Source: Candidatus Omnitrophota bacterium (GTDB taxonomy: Bacteria; Omnitrophota; Gorgyraeia; Duberdicusellales; 4484-171). Taken from it: a stretch of 64,000 bases of DNA. The stretch's first letter is position 1; each line of letters begins with the position of its first letter. Of this stretch, positions 28,608 through 36,859 are shown piece by piece. The DNA is taken from the NCBI GenBank assembly GCA_037146775.1, contig JBAWWL010000001.1, forward strand, positions 325,464 to 389,463, in the 5' to 3' direction. Under the pieces are notes generated by a model. It had not been told where the DNA came from. It searched no databases and was given only the letters and a program-made list of their open reading frames with translations. A program made the translations under genes and the position numbers.

Positions 28608-28946
28608 TCACTTTGTGTGGCACCAGCCTTGTGCTTGCGCAATTAGCTGTACTTCCTTTGCTTTCTTTTTCTCCCAGTAGAGGTCTCTGTCAACTTCAAC
28701 AAACTTTATCCGAAGGTCGGATAGTTCGTTGAGGCTGAAGTTTCCCCATTCGGCCATTTCCAAGTCGCCGTTGAGCACCGCAAACCCAAAGAAGATTTCT
28801 TCCGCAGGGTCGTACTCTGTGGCAAACCAGTCACAGCCGCCAATGAAAAAGTGCATACAGATCACTTTTTCCTCTAAAGGCACGTCTTCTCCCGAATACA
28901 TGCGTGGGAGCTTTGCAAGCTCTTCTCTTGTGGGCTTATTCCACAT
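28608..28946 (-). CDS. DUF2958-like small protein (family typical of phages and conjugative elements)
   Basis: 'ELAKLPRMYSGE...HFFIGGCDWFATEYD...FFGFAVL...EMAEWGNFSLNEL' matches the DUF2958 pattern from memory; AAAGGAG RBS. Confidence 0.5.
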   Translation of the reverse strand: MWNKPTREELAKLPRMYSGEDVPLEEKVICMHFFIGGCDWFATEYDPAEEIFFGFAVLNGDLEMAEWGNFSLNELSDLRIKFVEVDRDLYWEKKKAKEVQLIAQAQGWCHTK

Positions 28947-29152
28947 GACAACTCTCCTTTCTCCGGGACATCAACCCAGATTTCTCCGTCAAGGTCAACC
29001 CAATCCAAAACTTCAACAGTTTCGTCTTGCAACTTCCGCTTAGGCATCCACAACACAACCACCCCCTTTCTTTTTTGCGGCAGATACGTAATTCGTCCAT
29101 ATCTGTCTAATTTGTTTTTACAAAGGAGTGGTATCAAGACAAATTAATAAGT

Positions 29153-29173
29153 TTTACACCCAAAAAACACCCG
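29153..29173 (-). promoter_or_regulatory. conserved motif copy (minus strand reads GGGTGTTTTTTGGGTGTAAAA)
   Basis: upstream of the DUF2958-SpoVG minus-strand operon. Confidence 0.45.
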
Positions 29174-29269
29174 AGAAGAAGTGAGGAAGGATTCACGAAA
29201 GAATTGCGTATTGAGGGAGGGGTTCGTTGGGGAAAGGTTTTTATATTGGGTTATTTGTAACTGTAAGAG

Positions 29270-29464
29270 GTGATTGTTATGGATAATGTGTTTGTAAAAT
29301 ATAATGGGAGAATTTTGTTTGTAGGTATTTTGATTCTTATTGCTGCGATAATTTTGGCTACGATTCCTTTAATGATATTTACATCGACGTTTTGGATGTT
29401 GATAGTTATTGGTGGTGGGCTTACCGGTTTTGCATTGAAATTTAGAAAACATAGTAAGAAATAG
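29270..29464 (+). CDS. small membrane protein, 64 aa, two TM helices
   Basis: two hydrophobic helices followed by a basic C-terminus. Confidence 0.35.
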   Translation: MIVMDNVFVKYNGRILFVGILILIAAIILATIPLMIFTSTFWMLIVIGGGLTGFALKFRKHSKK

Positions 29465-29586
29465 TTTAGTGCTTTCGAATTATAAATAACTACGTTATTT
29501 ATGTGCGCCCCTTAATTGTTGAGTCATAGGTCGAAATCTTTAAAGAGGGCGATGCCATGAAGTGAAGTGTTAATGAATTAGATTTT

Positions 29587-29925
29587 TTGAGGTGGATCAT
29601 TATGGGAGAAGGGAAGAATTGGAAGTTTGGTGTTTTCATTTTAGGTATTATCGGGTTGATACTGTTATTTAGTGCAGCAGCCGTATTAGGTGTGATTATA
29701 TTATTTATTGTCATTATGATTGTGCTGATACATGAGGGCTTAAAGAAGTCTGTAAAAGGTGGGCATAAGTCCTCTTCAGATAAAAAAAGGGATAAGCATA
29801 AATCTTCTTCAGATACTAATAAGCAAGATGAATCAGCTGCGTGGCGTCCTACTATATGGCAGCGAATCTATGAAAGGAAACTGTTGGAGAACAATGAGCG
29901 GAAACGTATTGAACTGAAGAAGTAA
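29587..29925 (+). CDS. membrane protein with a TM hairpin and a highly charged C-terminal tail (holin-like topology)
   Basis: hydrophobic stretch of about 40 aa followed by a K/S/D-rich tail. Confidence 0.4.
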   Translation: MRWIIMGEGKNWKFGVFILGIIGLILLFSAAAVLGVIILFIVIMIVLIHEGLKKSVKGGHKSSSDKKRDKHKSSSDTNKQDESAAWRPTIWQRIYERKLLENNERKRIELKK

Positions 29926-29999
29926 GATAGAGAAACCTTGATTCTTCTTTACACTTTTAAAACATAAATACTACGTATTTATTAGGTATCCCCACAGTT

Positions 30000-30362
30000 T
30001 TAAAAGTGTTGTGGCTTCTTGAAGAATATCGTCGGACTGAGGTATTTTGTTCTTTGCTGGTTGTTCCTGTGGTTGTATTTTTCCTTCAGGAGGAGAATTA
30101 TTGGTGCGTGAGCTATTATTTGGGGTTTTCCGGCCTCGTCGTCCATTTCCGCTCTCATCGTTCCCCAGAGCCTTACTGCTGTGCTTGTCGTTGAGAGAGT
30201 GCTGTGCTTAATCTTTCTTGCGAGCTTGCTGATTGGCGTCCATTGCGGATAGTTGGGGAGTTCTTCCAGCATCTTGATTGCTCTCTTTTCTTCTGAAGCT
30301 TCAAGGTGCAGATAGCTGACCTCCTGATGGAAGCTGATTAGTCTTAGTTTTTCTCGTTCCAT
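30000..30362 (-). CDS. hypothetical protein, 120 aa
   Basis: 19-nt overlap with the upstream ATPase gene. Confidence 0.4.
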   Translation of the reverse strand: MEREKLRLISFHQEVSYLHLEASEEKRAIKMLEELPNYPQWTPISKLARKIKHSTLSTTSTAVRLWGTMRAEMDDEAGKPQIIAHAPIILLLKEKYNHRNNQQRTKYLSPTIFFKKPQHF

Positions 30363-31753
30363 TTTTTTACCAGTTCTTTTAGTTCTTCGTCTGTTAGTTT
30401 CCTCGTTGGTAGTGGTGGGGGTGTTTTTATGAGGCAGTTTTTGGCTCTGCCTTTGACTTTGGCGAAGGCTTGGCCTAGCCAGATGTAATCAATGTATCTT
30501 GTCTCGTGCTGTTTGAGGAAGAGGCCGTTTGATACTGTTGACACGTCTTTGAATGTGTTTGCGGCAAAGTGTATTTGGGTTTTGCATTGGAAGGCGTAGT
30601 TTTTGAGTTCGCTGCATTCCTGAGCAAGCGTGACTACTCCCAGTCCTAGTTTTCTTCCTTCTCGATAAATGTTTTGTAGCGTGCCGTCGCCAAACATTCG
30701 TTCTTCTGTTGAAGAGGTCATCATGTTTTGGCTTTCTTCCATTATGAGAAGCATCCTTAGTTTTTCTGTTTCTCCGATGCTGAGGAAGTACAGCATGATG
30801 TAAAGCAACAAGGTTTCTTGGAATAGTATCCTTAGGCTGTTTGGGAGTTCTATGTCCATCTCAAGAATTGTAATTCCGGGTCTCTCAAGCATTTTGGATA
30901 TGTCCATTGGGTTTCTTGAGCCGAACAACTCTTTTGTGTTCGGCCTAAGCATTGAAGACAAAACCCTCATTGCACTGTCTTTCCAAAGTGAAGCCCTGCC
31001 GCGCAGGAATTGGTTATCTACCCTTTTTTTGATGTCTTCAATGTTTGGAAGCAGATGAAGTTTTCCCTGCTGATAGCCTTCCAGCAAATTTTCTGCCTCG
31101 TTCAGTATCAAGCTTCCTGATCCCTGCCCTGAGAGCAAAGATTTCGAGAGAGGCTTTTCAGAAATTATGCCTATCCAACTCAGTGGCGAAACGCCCGGAG
31201 GGGGTGAGAAGAAGAGGTTGTATCTGAACGGCGAAGTTTCCCTCCCTATGGTGTAAACCCGAATGTCTTTTACGAAAGGATAACTTTCTTTGGGCAGTTT
31301 ACACAGACTTGACCATGTCCTGTTCCAATCCACAATCCAAATAGGAACATTCTTCTCTGCCAACTGCACAGCGATATTGTAAGCAAGAGTAGTCTTTCCC
31401 GTTCCAGTAAGGCCAGTACAAAGAATATGATGCCTCAAATCATTCATGGACAGTTTCAGGGGATAAAGCTCCCTATCAGTCCCGTCACCGTTCCTTCCGT
31501 AGCATACCTGTCCGAGCGTTATTTCTCCCAATCCGCACTCTTCTTTGGTTGATGGCGGCAACATCGGCTGGTCTGGCAAAAGACTGTCATTTAAGAGCTT
31601 GTTTGCTGAGAGCTTCAATATTTTTGACAGTCGATCTTTTCGTTCCTCATCACCAATAGCATGAATCAGCTTGAGCTTTTCCGCTTTTTCCCGCCCCCAC
31701 GCAGGTTCGAGACGAAGGATAAGCTCGTCCGTCTGCTCATCAATCTGTATCAC
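30344..31753 (-). CDS. HerA/FtsK-superfamily (DUF87/AAA_10-like) P-loop ATPase, 469 aa
   Basis: 'RHHILCTGLTGTGKTTLAY' Walker A with a preceding conserved His; Walker B-like 'LLIMEESQNM'. Confidence 0.6.
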   Translation of the reverse strand: MIQIDEQTDELILRLEPAWGREKAEKLKLIHAIGDEERKDRLSKILKLSANKLLNDSLLPDQPMLPPSTKEECGLGEITLGQVCYGRNGDGTDRELYPLKLSMNDLRHHILCTGLTGTGKTTLAYNIAVQLAEKNVPIWIVDWNRTWSSLCKLPKESYPFVKDIRVYTIGRETSPFRYNLFFSPPPGVSPLSWIGIISEKPLSKSLLSGQGSGSLILNEAENLLEGYQQGKLHLLPNIEDIKKRVDNQFLRGRASLWKDSAMRVLSSMLRPNTKELFGSRNPMDISKMLERPGITILEMDIELPNSLRILFQETLLLYIMLYFLSIGETEKLRMLLIMEESQNMMTSSTEERMFGDGTLQNIYREGRKLGLGVVTLAQECSELKNYAFQCKTQIHFAANTFKDVSTVSNGLFLKQHETRYIDYIWLGQAFAKVKGRAKNCLIKTPPPLPTRKLTDEELKELVKKWNEKN

Positions 31754-32232
31754 TTCTGCTCACCCAGAATCTTCTTGTCTTGCTGCCCTTCAAGGCGCTT
31801 ATGCCACAGGTCTACAAACATCGAGGTTGGTTCTGACAGGTCTTCCCAAGCCTTAATTTTTTGTTCAAGAAGCAGGTTCTCTGTGCCTTTTTTTTCCTTT
31901 TCCAAAGCCATCCTTCGCCTCTCAATATTCATGTTATAACCAAGCTTAAACGAATAAAGCTGTCCGATCTCTTTAGAAAGCTCGTTCCACTGGTTTTCCA
32001 AAACTGAGACCGTGTTATTGTAAATCTTAAGCCTGTACGTAATACAGAAGGCAGTATTAACGACCTTATCCAAAAGCTTAGCCTCATCCATACCAAGAAT
32101 TGCTTCCAAAGAAAAGCCGCCATCCTGCGATTGAACAGCCTTTTGCGGAGTTGGCTGGTAGCGGGAGGAGTAGAGGTATCTCTCAAACACAGGCGTTCCG
32201 TACAGTGCTGGCTTGTAATTATTGAAGTCCAT
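31750..32232 (-). CDS. hypothetical protein, 160 aa, coupled to the HerA-like ATPase
   Basis: 4-nt overlap with the downstream ATPase; motif copy located upstream. Confidence 0.4.
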   Translation of the reverse strand: MDFNNYKPALYGTPVFERYLYSSRYQPTPQKAVQSQDGGFSLEAILGMDEAKLLDKVVNTAFCITYRLKIYNNTVSVLENQWNELSKEIGQLYSFKLGYNMNIERRRMALEKEKKGTENLLLEQKIKAWEDLSEPTSMFVDLWHKRLEGQQDKKILGEQK

Positions 32233-32267
32233 CTTAACTACACAGTAAAAACAAACCCATTAAAAAA

Positions 32268-32290
32268 GATTACACCCAAATAGCACCCGC
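32268..32290 (-). promoter_or_regulatory. conserved motif copy (minus strand reads GCGGGTGCTATTTGGGTGTAATC)
   Basis: lies 36 nt upstream of the start at 32232. Confidence 0.45.
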
Positions 32291-32639
32291 GTTTTAGGTG
32301 ATGATTGGCTGATAGATAGCTTCAATCCTAAATATGCTTTTCCTATCAAAGAAGGTATACCCATCGTTCTGTATAAGGTGGCCAATGTGGATGCCTCAAG
32401 TGTTTGGAATAGATTTTGTAACGTGCCCTAATGGGTCTTTCCTAAGCCCTTGATTCTTATGATGGTTATGGGTTTTGTGACTTAACCAAGCCCCCTATTC
32501 CTCCCTGATTTTTCCAGTTTTCCTTTATTAGCAGTTATGACGTTTCTCTTATATATGTGTAAAATTTATGCCTTAGCAACACAAGGCGACCCAAAATTTT
32601 TGAGAGCGGTCTGTCTTGACCAGAAAGGAGGTGAATTCT

Positions 32640-32771
32640 ATGGGATGTTTAGGGAAATGCGGCGAGTGTTTGAGGTTGAAGTGTGGGGGCGGCTGGGTTA
32701 CTGACGGGAAAAGGTATTACTGGCTGCCAAAACAAGAGAAACAGAAAATAAAAATGGGAGGTGCAAAATGA
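32640..32771 (+). CDS. Cys-rich micro-protein, 43 aa
   Basis: GGAGGTG RBS 7 nt upstream; 'MGCLGKCGECLRLKCGGGW'. Confidence 0.35.
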   Translation: MGCLGKCGECLRLKCGGGWVTDGKRYYWLPKQEKQKIKMGGAK

Positions 32772-32947
32772 GCGAGAGAATGCCTTGCAGTCATTGTGGA
32801 AAAAGCGGAACTACGCAGTATTCGTGTTGTTTCTACAAATTTTATGGCAGAAAACCTGGGTTTTTTGAGTCCATGGATTACGTGCAGTGTTGTGCTTGTA
32901 AAGGCACAGGCTATGAGCCGAAGGCTGCGCCCCTTTACAACATGTAA
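32768..32947 (+). CDS. Cys-rich zinc-finger-like micro-protein, 59 aa
   Basis: ATGA overlap with the previous ORF; GGAGGTG RBS; 'CSHCGKSG...CCACKGTG' (CxxCxGxG-like). Confidence 0.4.
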   Translation: MSERMPCSHCGKSGTTQYSCCFYKFYGRKPGFFESMDYVQCCACKGTGYEPKAAPLYNM

Positions 32948-33017
32948 AGGGTGGGAAAGTGAGGGGCGGCTAAAGTGTTTTTGGCCGCCTCTCCACTCAC
33001 AAAAAAAGGAATATGCT

Positions 33018-33761
33018 ATGAAAAGAATTAGGCTGTGGAAAAGAGACTACGACATCATCGAAAACTTAAAGAATGGTTTGTTTACAACCGGCCAGCTTGC
33101 CAAACTCTTTTTTAGTTCGCAAAAGAAAGCTGCTGAACGCCTCATATTATTATTCAAAGCCGGACTTGCCGATAGATTTCAGGCACCACTTGATGAGGCA
33201 AAGGGAAAGCCAGAATACGTCTACTGCAAAAAAAACGGGAAAATCCCCAAGAATTACAGCCATATCAAGCACAGCCTTGCAATAACTGATTTTTATGTAT
33301 GGCTCATCGAAAAGACAAAACAAGTTCAAGACATGGTTGCCAAATTTTATTATGGAACAACCCTCGAAGATAAGGGATTGCATGGCGGACTTTTGCTTCC
33401 TGACGCTTTTTTCGTTCTTGAGAAGGCAGACAAAAAGCTCCTGTATTTTGTCGAAATAGATTTGGGAACAGAAACCCTAAGGTCAGGATCAAACTACTCA
33501 TTTGAAGGAAAACTCGATTTATACGCCGACATTTTTGACAGCGAAGAATACAACAAATTCCTCAACCACAAATTCGTAGGCTTCAGACTGCTCTGTGTTT
33601 TTACATCACAAAAAAGGATGCAAAATTTTCTGGGAATCGCAAAAGAAAAGAACTCCGACTTTGTCTTGTGCTCAACATTTGATTCGCTCAAAAATTCTGA
33701 TTTTATCGAAAAAACATGGGCTGACATTTCAGGGAAGAAAGTTGGTTTGTCAGGAAAATAA
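33018..33761 (+). CDS. replication-relaxation-family protein (plasmid/ICE-associated), 247 aa from Met 33018
   Basis: 'FTTGQLAKLFF...AAERLILLFKAGLADR', 'HSLAITDFYVWL', 'GGLLLPDAFFVL', 'YFVEIDLGTE' match the family pattern; the ORF-track start at 32796 was rejected. Confidence 0.55.
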   Translation: MKRIRLWKRDYDIIENLKNGLFTTGQLAKLFFSSQKKAAERLILLFKAGLADRFQAPLDEAKGKPEYVYCKKNGKIPKNYSHIKHSLAITDFYVWLIEKTKQVQDMVAKFYYGTTLEDKGLHGGLLLPDAFFVLEKADKKLLYFVEIDLGTETLRSGSNYSFEGKLDLYADIFDSEEYNKFLNHKFVGFRLLCVFTSQKRMQNFLGIAKEKNSDFVLCSTFDSLKNSDFIEKTWADISGKKVGLSGK

Positions 33762-33779
33762 ATTTTAGAGGATAGGGTA

Positions 33780-34337
33780 GTGAAAATTCTTCCAACCCAA
33801 AAAGGATACAACATAGTTTACGCAGACCCGCCTTGGCGTTACGGCGCTCAGGGTAGCTCTTCTTGGATGGGGCGAGGAGCGAAAAAGCACTATCCGACTA
33901 TGAATTTGGAAGACATAAAGAACCTGAAAATTCCGTGCGGCAAAGATTGCGTACTTTTCTTATGGGTAGTTTTTCCACTACTAAAAGAAGGATTACAAGT
34001 AATGGACGCATGGGGCTTCAAATACAAAACCGTAGCCTTCGTCTGGATTAAGCTAAACAAGAAAAACAAAGAACCATTCTGCGGCATGGGCTCATGGACA
34101 AGGTCAAACGCAGAAATTTGCCTGCTTGGAACAAGAGGAAAAAACAAGCGAACGAGTGCCAAAGTAAGACAAGTAATCATTTCGGAAAGAAGGGAACACT
34201 CACGAAAGCCCGACGAAGTACGAGACAGAATAATTCAACTCATGGGAGATAATCCAAGAATAGAACTCTTTGCTAGACAGAAAAATGAAGGTTGGGATGT
34301 TTGGGGAAACGAAGTAGACAAATTCGGGACGAATTAA
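33780..34337 (+). CDS. MT-A70-family N6-adenine DNA methyltransferase (orphan)
   Basis: 'YADPPWRY' DPPW motif; 'HSRKPDE...ELFARQKNEGWDVWGNE'. Confidence 0.8.
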   Translation: MKILPTQKGYNIVYADPPWRYGAQGSSSWMGRGAKKHYPTMNLEDIKNLKIPCGKDCVLFLWVVFPLLKEGLQVMDAWGFKYKTVAFVWIKLNKKNKEPFCGMGSWTRSNAEICLLGTRGKNKRTSAKVRQVIISERREHSRKPDEVRDRIIQLMGDNPRIELFARQKNEGWDVWGNEVDKFGTN

Positions 34338-34340
34338 GCA

Positions 34341-34371
34341 GGGGATTAGGTTGGGGATTTGGTCGGGGATT
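34341..34371. repeat. three direct GGGGATT repeats spaced 12 bp apart (iteron or operator-like)
   Basis: 'GGGGATTaggttGGGGATTtggtcGGGGATT'. Confidence 0.5.
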
Positions 34372-34494
34372 AAGCCCCTGTATAGGAATGGCGTAACTGG
34401 CAGAAAACAAGCGGGAAGCAACAAATTGGCAGAAGCCAATACCCCTTGAAACAGTGACAGGGGATACATAACTCAAAATACAAAGGAGTACCTA

Positions 34495-36828
34495 ATGAAA
34501 AACCAACAAAGAATACAAGACTTCATGACAGAAATGTTCCTAGGTAATGCAAGAAATAATTACCAATACGAATGTGGCCGTTGGAGCCTTCCTGCCGTTT
34601 ACCCTTACCAGATTTGCGCCGAACCCATTTTTGAACTTTTTGACCCAATGCAGACTTACTCACTATCCACCAATACCGCCAGATTGGTCAGAAGGGTTAG
34701 TAGTAGCAGTAGTAGTAGTCGGGTAGTAAGGGAAGTAAAGCTAAATTATTTTGAAAAAGTTGAGTGGCTAAAGTTTGAGAGCTTGCTTAATTGTTTTTCC
34801 GCCTTTGAGAAATCGGTAAGCTTCGAAATTTTCTGCCTAAATGGTTCTGTAACTTTCTTTATCGGCAGTGCTTCTTTGGATCAGCTAAATATTGTCTGCA
34901 ATGTTTTCCAGAGCTACTTTCCCGGCACTGTTTTTAGGGAAGTTCCTGATCCTTTGCTGACCTTAAATGATTGCGGAGAGGGATTTTTTGTTTGCGATTT
35001 TTACTGCTCTGCTCCTTATCACAAAAAGGTATCTTCTGACAGGACGGTTGGTTGCCTTAATTCTGTTTTCAAAACATTCTCTGGCCTGAAGAGCGGGGAG
35101 TGCGGTTTTTATCAGGTCATCTTTGAGCCTGCAAAGGATGAATGGGGCAAAAACGTCAAGGCTCTTAGTGCCGCAGAAAAGCTTGCAAGCAACACCTATC
35201 CTTCCGGCGCAAGCCCCTCTGATGGCTTCAAAGACGCGGCTTTGCCTTTGTATGCCTGCCGGGTACGCTTGGGCTGTGTTGTTGGGAAGGATAGCGGTGT
35301 TGTTGACGCTATTAAGCAGTTTGGCAGTTGTTTTGTTCATGGCGGAAAAGCCTTGAGTTTTCGGACTGAAAAGGACTTTCTTGACGTTGTAAAAAAACGG
35401 GATGTGGCCGAAATGGTTGGCGGCAGATTCGGGTTTTGTTCCGGCCTTTTGCTTGACACCAAGGAGCTTGCTTCTTTTGTTTACTTTCCTGACCGAAGCA
35501 TTACCAGTTTTGGGCTAAAGATTAACTTCACAAGAGGATTTATGGTGAGCAAAGCTTTGCTATCAGGCCGCCCAATAGGATTTAGCTGCTCAAGCGGCAG
35601 CGATGACGTCATCTGCCTGCCAACAAACATTCAGAACAAGTGCATGTGGATTCTTGGCACTGCAAGGAAAGGCAAAAGTGTTTCGATGGCTAATCAGTTC
35701 CTTTGGCTTGCAGACAACGGCGACGGAGCGGATTTTATTGATCCTCACCGCACAACAGTATTTGAACTCCTCGGTCTCTTGCCCGATGAAGTCTTAGATA
35801 GGGTTATTTATTTGGATTATGACGATGACGATTATGTTGTGGACTTCAATCCTTTTGATGAAGCTGATGAAGAGTCTTTTGGCAGGCTGACTATCGAGTT
35901 TGTGAACAGCTTCAAGAACCTGTTTGAGGCGGCAAGTTTCCACCGCATGAGCCATTTGCTTAGGATGGCGGTTTATGCCCTCTTTGTACTGAAAAAAAAT
36001 ATCAGCAGTATTCCTGCTCTTTTTTCCCGGACAGATGAGGGAGATGCTTTAAGGAAGGCTGTTGTTGATAAGTGCAAAAATGAAGAGGTGACGCGGTTTT
36101 GGAAAAGCGAGTTTTATGGTTATCGTAAAGATGCTTTTAGCCCAATCCTTAACAGGTTTTCCGCACTTCTTATGGACGCTAAGGCTTCGCGTATTTTCTC
36201 AAGAGAAAAAAACAAGGTTGATTTGGCAGACGCTATGGATTCCGGCAAGTTATTGCTTGAGGCGTTGCCTAACAGCATTGATGTTTCCGGGATTATCGGT
36301 GGAATGAGGATTGGGCAGACTCAGAAATGCGCTTTTGCCCGGACAGCAAAAAGGGATAGTTGCCGCAGAGAGTTTCATTTGTTGGTCGATGAGTTTCACC
36401 GTTTTTCTACAGGCAAAACGCTTGAGAGCATCATTAACGAAACTGTAAAGGCTGGACTTCATTTGTGCGCGGCTAATCAGGAGACTGCGCAACTTAGTGA
36501 TGAGTTGTTGAGGGCTGTTTTGAGCATGCCGAACATCATGTTGTTCAATGTCAATTTCTTGGATGCAAAGAAGCTGTTGCCTGTTTTCAATAATCGTATA
36601 GGTGTTGAAGACATTACAGGGCTTGGTGTGGGGGAGTGTTTTGTTAAGTTTGGTGATGAGATTGTGGACGTTAAATGTTTTGCGCCTAGAAAGGATTATT
36701 CAGAAGAAAAGGCCAAAAGAATCATTGAGGAGAGCAGAAAAAAATATTACACACCAGTCTCTATGCTCCAAAAAGAAAAACCAGAAGCAAGAGGCGAGAA
36801 GCGCGCAAGAATTATTGACTCATTCTAA
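34495..36828 (+). CDS. large P-loop NTPase of the VirB4/HerA/T4CP class, 777 aa (possible DNA-transfer ATPase)
   Basis: Walker A 'GTARKGKS', Walker B 'HLLVDEFHRF', downstream 'CAANQETAQL'; Ser-run encoded by an AGT repeat near the N-terminus. Confidence 0.5.
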   Translation: MKNQQRIQDFMTEMFLGNARNNYQYECGRWSLPAVYPYQICAEPIFELFDPMQTYSLSTNTARLVRRVSSSSSSSRVVREVKLNYFEKVEWLKFESLLNCFSAFEKSVSFEIFCLNGSVTFFIGSASLDQLNIVCNVFQSYFPGTVFREVPDPLLTLNDCGEGFFVCDFYCSAPYHKKVSSDRTVGCLNSVFKTFSGLKSGECGFYQVIFEPAKDEWGKNVKALSAAEKLASNTYPSGASPSDGFKDAALPLYACRVRLGCVVGKDSGVVDAIKQFGSCFVHGGKALSFRTEKDFLDVVKKRDVAEMVGGRFGFCSGLLLDTKELASFVYFPDRSITSFGLKINFTRGFMVSKALLSGRPIGFSCSSGSDDVICLPTNIQNKCMWILGTARKGKSVSMANQFLWLADNGDGADFIDPHRTTVFELLGLLPDEVLDRVIYLDYDDDDYVVDFNPFDEADEESFGRLTIEFVNSFKNLFEAASFHRMSHLLRMAVYALFVLKKNISSIPALFSRTDEGDALRKAVVDKCKNEEVTRFWKSEFYGYRKDAFSPILNRFSALLMDAKASRIFSREKNKVDLADAMDSGKLLLEALPNSIDVSGIIGGMRIGQTQKCAFARTAKRDSCRREFHLLVDEFHRFSTGKTLESIINETVKAGLHLCAANQETAQLSDELLRAVLSMPNIMLFNVNFLDAKKLLPVFNNRIGVEDITGLGVGECFVKFGDEIVDVKCFAPRKDYSEEKAKRIIEESRKKYYTPVSMLQKEKPEARGEKRARIIDSF

Positions 36829-36859
36829 AAACACAAAACCAAAAAGGGAGGTGTTTACC

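Noticed and set aside
28874-29137. 87-aa TTG-initiated ORF upstream of the DUF2958-like gene (possible shorter form from ATG 29047 with AAGGGGGTG RBS)
   Set aside because: It overlaps the conserved N-terminus of the DUF2958-like gene by about 70 nt in another frame. It is left unresolved rather than called.
32796-33017. Upstream extension of the replication-relaxation ORF as given in the ORF track
   Set aside because: The extension overlaps the two RBS-supported Cys-rich micro-ORFs and has no supporting RBS. The conserved family N-terminus begins at Met 33018.
34699-34725. AGT trinucleotide repeat (about seven units) encoding a poly-Ser run in the 777-aa ATPase
   Set aside because: It is in frame and short. 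It is a possible slippage site but of no demonstrable significance from sequence alone.
36602-36859. 5' extension of ORF 36602..37480 overlapping the end of the 777-aa ATPase gene
   Set aside because: The internal ATG at 36860 has an AAGGGAGGTG RBS, and the extension would overlap the ATPase gene by 227 nt.
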